Of a stretch of 64,000 nt of DNA, positions 1 through 11,455 are shown one piece after another (position 1 is the first letter of the stretch; the number at the start of each line of letters is the position of its first letter). The notes under the pieces were generated by a model. It saw only the letters and a program-made list of their open reading frames with translations. It was not told where the DNA came from and did no database searches. This DNA is from Zootoca vivipara (Eukaryota): the NCBI RefSeq assembly GCF_963506605.1, contig NC_083278.1:19530001-19594000 (forward strand), in the 5' to 3' direction. Made by a program: the position numbers and the translations under genes.

Positions 1-664
1 GCGCTTGGCAGATGCTTCTAGAACAATAACATCATTTTGCATTAATCTGCTGTGTGGCTGTCCTGAAAATTAGGGTACAAAGCAAAGTTATGCAATACAT
101 TTGACATTGTCCATTAGGACACCTGCTGTTTGTTTACTAGATGGGATGGATTTGGCATGTGAAAAGGTTTTTATGTAACTTTCCTGGAGTCCTTTTCCTC
201 CCTATTGTTCATTCATTACTGCATCTCTTCTCCATATGCTGAGGTTACTGGATAGGTTTTCTGCTAGTTTTGTTTTGCCTGTATGGCTGGAAATATTATT
301 CCTGTGATGCTCATTTCATTATTATTTATGGCCTGCCTGAGTAATGTTATTACTGTTGATTACTCACAATAGGTTATTTCATCAAACTGTTTTCAGAACG
401 CTTGAGGGGTGGGTGAGGGAGAGAAGTGACATTCCATAATTAATGCAGCCAGCGTGATTTGTAATGTTGTGTGGTTGATGTCTTTCTTGTTTCCCTCCCT
501 TCAATATACAGAAAAGAAATAAACATTTGAATTCCTCTTGTTTCTGATGGCCGTGCTGTCAAAAGAGTAGCCTTTTCCCAAGCCTTTTCTTTTCAGGCTA
601 CAATTCATAAATTGTAAGGAGCAGGCTGATTTCACAGATTTTTAAAGCACATAATTCAAAGTGT

Positions 665-775
665 GGGTTGCATCCAACATTAGTCATATTCAAAGTAGGC
701 CCATTGAAACAAATGGACATGGCCCACTAATTTCAAGTCAGGCTATTTTGAGTCAAATGTGGTTGGCTACAACCT
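665..775. mobile_element. Degenerate palindromic MITE-like repeat
   Basis: Imperfect terminal inverted repeat GGTTGCATCCAAC ... GTTGGCTACAACC around an AT-rich core. Confidence 0.35.
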
Positions 776-858
776 GTTGTGTTTTACCACTGTATGCACT
801 CAGCAGGGAGCTGCTACAAGGCAGACCTCTGTGCTCATTTAATACATTTAGCTGTGAC

Positions 859-925
859 TCCTGCATTGCAGGGGTTTGGACTAGATGACCCTTAGGGGCC
901 CTTCCTACAGGTCTATGATTCTGTG
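859..925 (+). mobile_element. 3' fragment of tRNA-derived SINE with CR1-type tail (POM/Squam2-like)
   Basis: CCTGCATTGCAGGGGTTTGGACTAGATGACC...CTATGATTCTGTG; same tail as the copies at 37156 and 61278. Confidence 0.55.
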
Positions 926-2704
926 TATGTGCTGTTTTCCCCTACCCCCCACCCCCAGGCACGCTACAGGTTTAAGATGTGTAAGCATTTTAAAACATAG
1001 TGTGTGACAATTAAACAGCTCTAAAGTCTTGTTCACACATGCATACAGATAACCAGGCAGCTGGTGATTGATAGCTGAATGTGTGCGCCAGACCCCTTGT
1101 TTGAGGTAGATAAGAAATAATATGGAAAATTTTTTGGGGGTGTTTAATCTGCAGTGGTTGGTTCACACACACAAGTCACAGCCTGCTACATTCACCAATT
1201 GATATATTTGCATGTGTGTGCAGACCTGCCCTTAGATACAGATCCATCACATGATACGCAGCCCAGATTCATCACTCCTTCATGCACTGTGTTTAATGTC
1301 TGTTTATTTTTATCCTGGCTTCCCCCTCTTCCCCCAAGATGTTTTTGTTTGGTTGGCCTTACTCTGAAAATTCCATTGGGTGACTTAATACCTGCCAAGA
1401 CCAAGGTTTGGATTCCTTTATTTCTTCAGTCATCACTGATGAATCACTGAAAATCTGACAACAAAGTGGGAAGCTCATACCTTACATGGCCTTCGGCTTT
1501 CATGATTTATCCGCAACAGCAAGACGAAGAAACAAGAACTTTGAAGTCAGTATTTGACAAATCAAGGAGGACCTTTTGTTCAAACATTTCTCCTTCTGAG
1601 ATGTGTTTTGGTTTTAAGCCTTTAAACATTTTGTAAATGCTCTTGGAATCCTTATGAGTTAAAGAAAACAATGGATTTCAACCTTTCTGTAATGCTGCAT
1701 TTTTTATGATACTCGTAAACATGTTAGTCTATGAGCCTTTCCTTATAAATCAAACACATCAAATTGGTTGGGCAATTTCGTCAGTGTAATTTTCTAGCCA
1801 TAACTCTGCAAACAAGTGAAGTTAAAAGTAATTATTTTCATGTTGTCATATTATTAAAACATAAAGGAGGATACAGCATAGTTTGATGAGAAAATATTTA
1901 TGCACCCTTTTCACATCATAAAGGCATGCACATTTTAAAGGATTTGAGTGAGTATCATATTTTGCGCTTTATTGTCAGCTATTATGTAATTTGGTTGGGT
2001 TCTAGAGATGACCTACTTATAAACAACAACAACAACAACAACACCACCACTCTGGCCCACTCCCTTTCTTTCTAATAACACTTAGCGCAAGCCAGATTTC
2101 CTCTGGAACCATTATGCACAAAGTTACATGGCAAGTTCACTCATTTCTTAAATTCCTACAATAATCTAGCTCTACTATGCGAAATTGCCTTGAACATCAG
2201 TGTTACCCCCTAAGTAAATAAAAGTGAAGCTCAAAAGTAAATAGCCAGAAAAAGGTTTTGAACTTGAAGTTTAGTGCTATTTAAGTTTTCATTTCATGCA
2301 GGTATGAGAGAGTTGGATGGAAATTTTGGGTTGACAGTTAACTTGCATTTAAAACTAGCCGGTGCCACAGAGCTGTCATCCAAAGGTGTATTTGAGCTAG
2401 GCAGAACCTTTTACATTTTTACCCAGTTGAAGGAATGCAGGTAAGCCAGGGAGGACCTTGGTTTAAGAGTCTGAGGGATAAAGTAAGTGTGCCTAGCTTA
2501 TTCTCCAGGGTCATTGTTGAATAGGCTAACTGAGCTGGTGTAGCTTATCACTGTTTTTGAACTTTGTTTACAAGAAAATGAGTTAATTTCTATTTCCTTG
2601 AGTTTATACATTAACTTTGTGTTTCATAGCTACGAGCTTGTATGTGTTTGTTCTGACACAGAGGAAGAAAAATGAAGTCTTTTTTTTTAGTCATGCAAGA
2701 CCTA

Positions 2705-3058
2705 AGGAAAAGGTAAAGGGACCCCTGACCTTTAGGTCCAGTCGTGACCGACTCTGGGGTTGCGACGCTCATCTCGCTTTATTGGCCGAGGGAGCCGGCG
2801 TGCAGCTTCCAGGTCATGTGGCCAGCATGACAAAGCCGCTTCTGGTGAACCAGAGCAGCGCACGGAAACGCCATTTACCTTCCCGCCGGAGTGGTACATA
2901 TTTATCTACTTGCACTTGATGTGCTTTCGAACTGCTAGGTTGGCAGGAGCTGGGACCAAACAACGGGAGCTCACCCCGTCGCGGGGATTCGAACCACCAA
3001 CCTTCTGATTGGCAAGCCCTAGGCTCTGTGGTTTAACCCACAGCGCCACCCGTGTCCC
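2705..3058 (-). mobile_element. Sauria SINE, full length
   Basis: Minus strand: tRNA-like head GGGACACGGGTGGCGCTGTGGGTTAAACC, box B GGTTCGAATCC, TTTACCTTT tail; flanking direct repeat TGCAAGACCTA at 2694-2704 and 3063-3073; homologous to four other copies in the window. Confidence 0.92.
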
Positions 3059-4199
3059 TATGTGCAAGACCTATGTGCCACTAATTTTGCATGATTGCCA
3101 ACTGTTTTCCTAAGATTACCTCTAGAGGTTAGTCCCAGCTCCTGGTTTCACTTTTCAGACTGAGTACCCTGTCAGTGAATTGGGCCCTCCAACCCACTCA
3201 CAAAAAAGATGCAGATTTGCAAAAGTTTTGTGTGTACAGTACTTTGTGTCATAAGCACAAAGCCCTGTTTTTCAGGTGGAACAGAAGGCCCCAAAATAAA
3301 TCAGTGGCCACACATGTCTGACAGACAGAATGTGAACACATGAAGCTTTCCCCATAATTGTATTTCCATATCAGGAAATGCTTAACCTGTTGATTTTTTG
3401 CCTGCCACACAGCTGCCATACAGCCCCAGCTAGCATGGTCAGAAATCAGGGGTGATGGGACTTGTTGTCCAACAACACCTGGAAGGCCACACATTCTCAA
3501 TCTCTGAACTGCACTATAAATTAAAAATAACAGAAGAAACCTAAGTGTGCAAAGAGAGGAAGAGGACAGACAACTGAAAACGTGAGCACAGGGCTCATTT
3601 ACATAGCAGTAAAGTTTAGTTTGGCATTGCATTTCAGCTGACCCAATGTATGTGACTGTGTCTAAAATATATATTAGAATATATTTTTGACTTAAAATTA
3701 TTGGAAGCTTCCAAGATTTTCTTTTTCTCTTAAGTCTACCAAAGTTGTTGTGATGCTTTTCCTCTCAATTAGGGTTGGAAAAACACAAATGCAAGTAAAT
3801 GCACATATTAAATCAAAAGCTAAAAATCTGTTAGGCTTGAGAGTTGATTTGAGAACACTGCTAAGCAATTCCAGGTGTGCTGGAATCAAGATTCAGAGTA
3901 CTGCATTGCAAGGTGAAGTAAATAATATTTGACATAAATTTGGTTAAATATTTATTCATATTCCATATGTGGCCATGCCTATTTTTTGTTATAGCCTGTT
4001 TCTCTTTCTGCTAAAAAATAAAATGACAAGTGAGAGACTCCAGGAATATCGAGGAATAAACAGTATGCCTGTTGGCACCACTCCAGACAACTGAATGATC
4101 AGGTTACTTTTTAGGAGCCAGCTGGATATCACACAGTTGATATGGTCTAATGCTGATAAGACATCTACTGGTTGTTTTTCAGCACTTCTCGTGATATGC

Positions 4200-4330
4200 T
4201 GTGGAGCCAATGTGGTGCCCACCTTTTATTCTTGGACTCCCATCAGCACTAGCCAGCATGGCAAGTAGTCAGGAATTATGACAACTGTAATTTAGCAACA
4301 TCTGGAGGGCATAATGTTGTCTATGCCTGC
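4200..4330. mobile_element. Old hAT-type MITE, diverged relative of the ~135-bp family
   Basis: GGACTCCCATCAGC...CAACATCTGGAGGG motifs shared with the young copies at 19000, 33177, 35554 and 37262; similar relics near 3415-3500, 13855-13972 and 43360-43450. Confidence 0.5.
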
Positions 4331-4400
4331 TTCTTTGCCATCAAAAGCATGGGGGGGAGGGAAGAAGGGGGAAACAGTGCTTGGATTATATGGCTGTTGG

Positions 4401-4600
4401 TAGGGCCGGCCTGCTCATGAGGCAAGGGAACTGCCTCAGGCAGCAGAATCTACAGGGGCAGCAGAACCCAATGCAGATCTTTTGTTTTTGTTTTTCCCTT
4501 GTCCCTGATGTAGATCTTCACTCACCCCTTCTTCTCTGGTAGGCAAGGAGCACCATTTTGTGGCTTGCCTCAGGTGCCAAAATGTCTTGGGCTTTCGCTG
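4401..4600 (+). mobile_element. Non-autonomous DNA transposon-like repeat
   Basis: Starts AGGGCCGGCC; the TGCCTCAGGCAGCAG motif recurs at ~40090 and related pieces lie at ~5480-5545 and ~27820-27850. Confidence 0.45.
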
Positions 4601-5279
4601 GCTGGTGGAGATGAGTGACAGCGAACTGCATGCCTGCCATGGGCACAAATAGCCACACACGTGCCAGTATGAACTAGTCAGGAAAAACTGCGCTAAGCAG
4701 GCCTTGATCTCTCCAAGACCAAGTGGTCTTTGAGTCATTTAATATCGACCTCAGTTTTATAGAATATCACCAAACCTGACAGCTTCTCTTCTGTTCTCCT
4801 CCAGTGACTTTGTACTTGTCATTTAAAGACTGCTTTTATTAAGTAGATTTTCCCCATGTATTTTCTCAGCTATATAAATTAAGCTTCTTGAACTGATATC
4901 TATAGCTTCTGCTCCATAATCCCCAAAGCGGCTTTGTTCTTTTCTGAATCTTATTTTAGGGTACAGTTTTCATGTGGAGTCGCCCTCTTCAGGATGGAAT
5001 CTTAAGCTAAAATAAGGCGAGAAGAGAAATAGTGAGGTATTTGGTGTACCGTGGCATTAAGAGTAATTCATGATATAGCTTCTGTCATTTCGAGACAGGC
5101 CCCTGTTCTCATACAAATTAAACATTGACAGAATACACAGCCATTGTACCATCCCTGTTTCGTACTGAATACCGTTTTCAGAATTTCACTGGTGTGGCTG
5201 GGTTCACCCGTGTGAAATACCAACTTTAAACCAGCTGCCTATTCACTTCTGGACCTTGTGTGGCTTATTGTCAAAATCC

Positions 5280-5400
5280 TTGACAGGAGATTGGGAGATC
5301 TTTCTCAATGGTGGTGCCTCAGTTATGGAATGCCCTCCTCAGAGTGATTGCTCTGGCACCAACATGGCTATAATTTGGGCGCAGCACAGTAAGCTTTATT
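5280..5400 (+). mobile_element. L2 LINE 3' fragment
   Basis: TTCTCAATGGTGGTGCCTCAGTTATGGAATGCCCTCC resembles the L2 ORF2 C-terminal FSVVAP.LWNALP motif. Confidence 0.45.
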
Positions 5401-6815
5401 TACTCATGCATTTTAATGGATTTACACGTGGTTATGGGTTGCTGTTGTTGCTGTTTTTTGATTGGAGGCATCCTTTTGGGGCAGGCTTCCAGCAGGGCAG
5501 CACTTCCTGTTTTGCCTCAAGCGGTGAAACAGGACCCACCACCCCTGCTTCCAGTATTATTGTGTCTTATTTTGTAATAGTGTCAGTTTTGCTATGCATC
5601 TACTGATCTTGCCATTAACTAAGTTCATTTGACCATTTTCTGAACTTCCTCAATCCCATTATGTGGATCACTTGCCCTACGCTCCTAATTCCTCTCTGCC
5701 TGCAATGCAGACACTTTCTAAGTGTTTGCAAGCATTAATTTCCAGAGGGGTGCAGAAAGCTTAAATGGGTAGTATTGGCTGCGTGAGAATCAAACATTCC
5801 TGGTTTACAGAAATGGCAGATTTTCTGCAGAAGAGCAAAACGAGATAAGACTATGGTCACAGTTCTTGGAGCATTTTGCTATAATAGGAATGGAATGGGA
5901 TATACAGTATGTGAATGTCAACCTCCCCCCCCTTTATTCCTTTTCTAGCAACTTATTTAATTCATTGTGGGCAAGTTTGTGTTTTGATTAAGGACTGCAT
6001 CTTGGAGCAGGCAGTGTAAACACTTTGGGAGGAATAGGTGGCCCAAATCTTAAATAGCAGGACCTCAAACACACATTTCTGTGTTTTATACATACTCTCT
6101 CTAGCTTGTATTCTGCCCATTTTGATTTGTTTCCAGCTTGACTCCTTCCTTTCCCCCATCAGTTGTTGCTGTAGCAATGCTAATATTTAATATTACAGAT
6201 TTATGTATTTTTAAACAGCACTACTTTATTGCTCTCCAATGAATATATGCTTCAATCCTATAGGATCTGTTCTATATCTAATACAGCAGAAAACTTGGTG
6301 GAAGCCAATGCTCCTAAACGGATACCAAAAATAATTCATGAAAGCGAAATGGAAAAGGAGTAAGTTAATGAAGAGAGAGCGAAGGCATTATTGATCATGA
6401 TTGGATTCAGAAGCAGCAGCTATTAGATTCAGTAAAAGAACTGAAATTTAATGAAGAATGTGAATGAAAGGTTAGAGGCAGTGTGCATAAAAATAACTTA
6501 ACAGGGATTTTGTTTTGTTCTCCTTTGGTTCTTCTCCCATTTATATAGTTTTCTTCTTTGAAGTAGTGCATAATTCAAGACAAAGAAGATTAAAGGAAGC
6601 AGACTAGTTATACCAGGATTGTAATGTGCAATCTTTTCATGTTTCCTTGTGGGGGAAGGCCCATTAAACTCAATATGGCATTACTTCTGCGTAAGCTCAT
6701 CTTGGATTGGGCAGTGTTAGAGATGAGTATGAAGAGTAATATGTAATACTGTATGTGCACTGACTTTCCACCTGGAAAAAAATATTCTTTGAACTGCGTC
6801 ACTAGTTCTTAGATA

Positions 6816-7047
6816 CAGTGGAACTTCGTGTTACATACCGTCCTTCTTGCGAATGTTTCGGGTTACGAGCTCCGCTCACCCGGAAGTAGATGCCCCTAGT
6901 TGCGACCTTTACCCCGGGATGCGAGCGGAAGTTGTACACCGGCAGCAGTGGGAGGCACCATTAGCGAAAGCGCCTCATGTTACGAGTGGTTTCGGCTTAA
7001 GAACGGACCTCTGGAACAAATTAAGTTCGTAACTGGAGGTACCACTG
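6816..7047. mobile_element. Tc1/mariner (Tigger-like) MITE
   Basis: TA|CAGTGGAACTTC ... GAGGTACCACTG|TA: inverted termini with TA target duplication; CpG-rich. Confidence 0.8.
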
Positions 7048-7388
7048 TACAGAGTTTGTAGCCAAAGACCAGAAAGCGTTCAAGGAGAGGAATAGCCAAA
7101 AATTAGTGTTCTCACAGCAGAACTAATGGAGGGACATAGTCATAGTAAGAGCCCCTGCTGGATCAGGCCAAAGGCCTATCTAGTCAATTCTCACAGGAGC
7201 CAACCAGATAAGAAGGACCTGTGCACAACTCACTTGTGGTTCCCAGCGACCAGTATTGGGAGGTATCCTGCCTCAGACAGTGGAACATAGCTGGAATGTA
7301 GCCATCATGGCTTGTAGCTATTGATAACCAGATCCTCCATGAATTTTCCCAGTCTTCTTTGAAAGCTATCCAAGTTGATGTTCATCAC

Positions 7389-7479
7389 CATAGCTGCCAA
7401 GTTCTCCCTTTTTTTTAAGGGAAATTCCCTTATGCTGAATAGACCTCCTCGCGAGAAAAGGGAAAACTTGGCAGCTATG
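7389..7479. mobile_element. 91-bp hAT-type mini-MITE
   Basis: Perfect 15-bp TIR CATAGCTGCCAAGTT/AACTTGGCAGCTATG; 8-bp TSD TTCATCAC/GTCATCAC; near-identical copy at 10479. Confidence 0.85.
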
Positions 7480-7503
7480 GTCATCACTACAAATTGTGGG
7501 AGT

Positions 7504-7844
7504 TTTTCCTTTTAGAGAGCTCCTGCACAAATTTCTCCCTGTTAATGTTTAGGGATCTTCCTCTGTCTATTTCACTTCAGACAGATCACACTAACCACAC
7601 ACTATCCTCAGCAGTCTCTCTCAGCATCCCCCCCCCCCCCAGAGAAGAACAGAAAATAGTTAAAAGTGACAGTTACTGGAATAACAGTCACAACAGAATG
7701 GAATGTGTCTCTCATGTGACTAAATAGTCAGCCAATCACATGAGAGCTACTGCCAAAGGGGGGGAAAACCCATGCTAAAAATACACAGCGATTCAACATA
7801 ATTAAACATTCCCATTTCAGGAAATCAAACCATTATCCTTAACA
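7504..7844 (-). mobile_element. Putative solo LTR inserted in CR1
   Basis: Interrupts the CR1 fragment; 5-bp direct repeat GGAGT at 7499-7503 and 7845-7849; right end TAACA; CCAAT box; left terminus degenerate. Confidence 0.5.
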
Positions 7845-8701
7845 GGAGTGGGTTCCATAGTGTAAATCTGCTGTGTGAAGAAGTACTTTCTTTTGAATCT
7901 TCCATCATTCAACATTATTGGATGGCCTTGGATTATTGTGTTATGAGATGGTAAAATTTCTCCTTGTCCTTTCCTCCATATCATGCATGCATTTTTTGCA
8001 ACTCCACATTTTATGTTGTCACCCCCCACTTGCCTTTTTTTCTAAACTAAAAAGTCCCAAATGTTGTAACCCTTGCTCAAACCCCTTGATAATTTTGGTT
8101 GCCCTTTTTTTGAACTATTTCATCCCATCTCTTCCTCTGTTATGTAGCCTGATGGAATCATTGCTGCTGGAGAGCAGCCTGTCCCTCTGCTATAGCTTAG
8201 TGGAATGTTGTTAAATTGTTTGCTAATTTTACATTAAACATAACTATCTCATTTAATATTAATCTTATACAGTATTTCCCGATTTCTCTTTTTAATTCCA
8301 TCTGGATTTTATTGGACCTTTAAAATGATGAATGCCAGTAGCCAAAAGTTTTTTTCTTGATCTTCTCTAATACCCTGCAATAATATACATCTGGTCCTAG
8401 AGATTTGTTACTTTTAAGTCTCACTAGATTATTTTCTTTCTACTTCACTAGTCCTTGAAATCAACTGGAATACTGGTTAAAACACTGGCATGCTTTTGAA
8501 TAAAAGGTATTTGGAATACATTCCAGTTAGATTTTTAGCTTCCTGGGTTTCCTGATGTTTTTTCTTCTCTTCTTACTGCAAGAATAGTTTTTGTGGCTTG
8601 GGTTCCCTTGTAATTCTCCATTAGGAACTGGTAAAATAGCAAACATGAGGAACCAGATATGGATTTAATACCATTTTCCAGCTGAGAATCACAACAAATG
8701 A

Positions 8702-8864
8702 CCATATTTTTCTGTCTATAAGATGCCCCCATGTACAAGACACCCCCTATTTGGGGGGACTCTGATTTAAGAAAAGGGGGAATCTATCTGTGTATAAGAC
8801 ACTCCCAAATTTTGTACATTATTTTTTAGGGGAAAACCCTAGTCTTATACATGGAAAAATACAC
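8702..8864. mobile_element. Tc1/pogo-type MITE
   Basis: Imperfect inverted ends CCATATTTTTCTGTCTATAAGA ... TCTTATACATGGAAAAATAC. Confidence 0.55.
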
Positions 8865-9142
8865 CAATTTCTGTTGAGCCATATGGTTTTAATTCTCTCT
8901 GTGTGTGCTACTTGTGCACTTCTCTGTAGATTCAAGCTACTCAACTTTTCTTGTGGTCTATATTATTAATGAGTGTTGTTTAAACTCCACAAAGATCTAT
9001 ACCAGGTAAGCTGAAGAAATTAAAACAATAATTCTTAAGGGGAGTAGCGAGTTCCCAGAAAGATTTCCCAAGGTCTTGCTTTCAAGCTTACCCATTGTGC
9101 CTTTGTGCCAGTCTATTTTGATTTTTTTAAAACTACTAGATC

Positions 9143-9265
9143 ACATAAGAATATAAGAGATCAGGCCAAAGGCTTATCTAGGCCAGCATCATGATCTCAC
9201 AATGGCAAACCAGATTGCCTATGGGAAGCCAGCAAGCAAGGCCTGAGCCCAACAGCATTCTGGTA
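9143..9265 (-). mobile_element. CR1 3' terminal fragment
   Basis: ACATAAGAATATAAGA terminal repeat followed by GATCAGGCCAAAGGCTTATCTAG, as at 7140. Confidence 0.55.
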
Positions 9266-10309
9266 CGGGTGGTGGTACAGCATTATAGCCTGGTGTCCAT
9301 GCTGATCAGATGTGTCAGGTCTACATGGGAAGTATATGTGTGCATGAATGATAAAAGATTGTAAGTAAGTCTTTCTTATTCTGGACACTGTAACATATAG
9401 CATATGATACAGTTGCACACAACCCAGGAACATTTTATTCCCAATTGTATCGTCTTCCTTAAAAACAAAACAAAAATAATAATGCATAGAACTCTTTTTA
9501 AAGGATTCCCATTTTGTTTCCTCAGAATTTTTCCAAACAATAGTAGTAACATTGCTTTGTAATAGAATCAGTGACTGTATTGTAGTTGACCTTCCAGTAA
9601 ATGGAAAAGCCATTGATTGTTTATACAGTCTTGCCCTTCTTCCCCTCCCCCACCCCATTAATCATTGTGACATGGCTGTTTTTCTTAGGTAACTTTTTTG
9701 TGTGCCATATAGCTAAGATATGTGCAGCATTAGTTCCTCGTTCCAAGTTTGAATTTTGTAAGTAGTCATGTGAAGACGTCTGCTAGAGCAACTTTAAATT
9801 TGCCCTCCAATAAGTAATTTAAAAGAGTGATGTTTTATACACCTGGTGCTCATAGAATACATTTTTGGCCTCTATATGCATATTTCTATGTGGAAGAAAT
9901 TCAGGGCACATGTAATTACTAGGAAAGCCTGTGAGACTCTGAAGCATTAGTCTACTTAAAAAAAAAGTTTCTCATTGCCTATGGCAATAGGCTAACAGCA
10001 CCCTGTGGGAGTATGTTTTTAAGGCAACGGAGTAAAAATGTTCAGAAGCATGGCTTATGATCCTAATGTTCCGAAGATACTCAGCTGAGGAACATTGCTC
10101 TTAAAGAAACATATCAGTTGTCATCATTTAGGGTATAATCCTTTAAATGCATACTAATTTCAGATTAGCTTTGAATCCTATACTCTTCTCAAAATGACTG
10201 GTATTTTAATCTGTACAGGCTGTTGCTAAAAATAAATCTGAATCAGTTAGAAAGTGATTAAAAAAATTCCTTCCAGTAGCACCTTAGAGACCAACTAAGT
10301 TTGTCACAG

Positions 10310-10347
10310 GTATGAGCTTTCGTGTGCATGCACACTTCTTCAGATAC
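10310..10347 (-). ncRNA. Minimal type I hammerhead ribozyme (Penelope-type), intact core
   Basis: Minus strand GUAU-CUGAAGA-A-GUGUGCAUGCACAC-GAAA-GCUC-AUAC. Confidence 0.75.
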
Positions 10348-10478
10348 ACTGAAACAGAAGTCACCAGACCCTTATGTATAGTCAGAGGGTGGGGAGGGGT
10401 ATTACTCAGAAGGGTGGTGGGAATGGGTGATTGGCTGATTGACTATACATAAGGGTCTGGTGACTTCTGTTTCAGTGT

Positions 10479-10568
10479 CATAGCTGCCAAGTTATCCCTT
10501 TTTTAAAGGGAAATTCCATAATGCTGAATAGGCTTCCTCGCGAGAAAAGGGAAAACTTGGCAGCTATG
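10479..10568. mobile_element. 90-bp hAT-type mini-MITE nested in the Penelope arm
   Basis: Same 15-bp TIR as 7389; perfect 8-bp TSD TTCAGTGT at 10471-10478 and 10569-10576. Confidence 0.9.
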
Positions 10569-11069
10569 TTCAGTGTATCTGAAGAAGTGTGCATGCACAC
10601 AAAATCTCATACCTATGACAAATTTAGTTGGTCTCTAAGGTGCTACTGGAAGGATTTTTTTTTTTTGTTTCGACTACGTCAGACCAACACAGCTACCTAC
10701 CTGTAATTAGAAAGTGATTGTTGAACTTACCCTATTAAGTTACTGTAATTTTATCCATTGGTTTAATGTAGTGAAATATGAGGGGAAGGCAGGATTCCAG
10801 TATAAAATAATATTCTGAGGTAAGTAACTAATCTCCCAGTGAGGACCACAACAAATCACCCATTATCATCCCAATTCAACAAATTCTGAAAATTAGTACA
10901 AAATTTGTCCTAACCAGAGGACTGACTTTTTAATCTGACTGGGTGTACCTTAAATTAACCAAATCATATAAAAACATAGAGCATATGGGGTGTTATTAGG
11001 GAAGATTGAGTGGAAGAAACCAATAGTGGGGGCAGCAGTCAAGGAGGGGGTTTCTGCACATGCTGTAGA

Positions 11070-11455
11070 TAGAGGGAAGTGAGAGGCAGATGGGGCGCAT
11101 CAACCTGGGAAGGTAGCTCATCTAAGAAGGAAATCTTTGATCCTAAACCTTCTCTGCCTTGTGGGTATCTTAGGGAGAAGGTAAGGCTAAGGAGTAAACC
11201 ATATACAAATATGGAATGGACTCCCTAAGGCATTGGGATTCCGCCTTGTACACATCCTTCCAGCAACTCCTGCAGCCAAGCTGGTGCCAAGCGTCTTGTT
11301 CTGCTTTCCTGAGAGGGGGATATTGTCATCTGGGCAGCCCAGGACCTCCATACACACTGCCCAGACTTGTGCCCCCCGGGGAGGTCACAGCTAACACAGC
11401 GGTTCCACATCACCCCTGGAGGCGTACTCCATTGTCTCTCGAGACGAATGCAACC
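11070..11455 (+). mobile_element. Interspersed repeat, possibly related to an RTE 5' UTR
   Basis: GC-richer block with GGAAGGTAGCTCATCTAAGAAGGAAA...CCTAAACC, which I recall from RTE-type leaders; family not confirmed. Confidence 0.3.

Larger units (their letters stand above)
7140..8110 (-). mobile_element. CR1 LINE 3' fragment, interrupted by a MITE and an LTR-like insertion
   Basis: AAGAGCCCCTGCTGGATCAGGCCAAAGGCCTATCTAGTC 3' end; the CR1-like sequence resumes after 7845 (TGTGTGAAGAAGTACTTTC). Confidence 0.6.
10260..10706. mobile_element. Penelope-like element remnant with inverted pseudo-LTR arms
   Basis: 10261-10384 is the reverse complement of 10441-~10660 once the MITE is removed; 13-bp TSD TTAGAAAGTGATT at 10247-10259 and 10707-10719; same 3' end as the copies at 19606 and 63774. 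Confidence 0.85.

Noticed and set aside
1434-1460. CUGAUGA-AUCACU-GAAA-AUC, hammerhead-like words
   Set aside because: No stem II, only a 3-bp stem I and no repeat context; expected by chance
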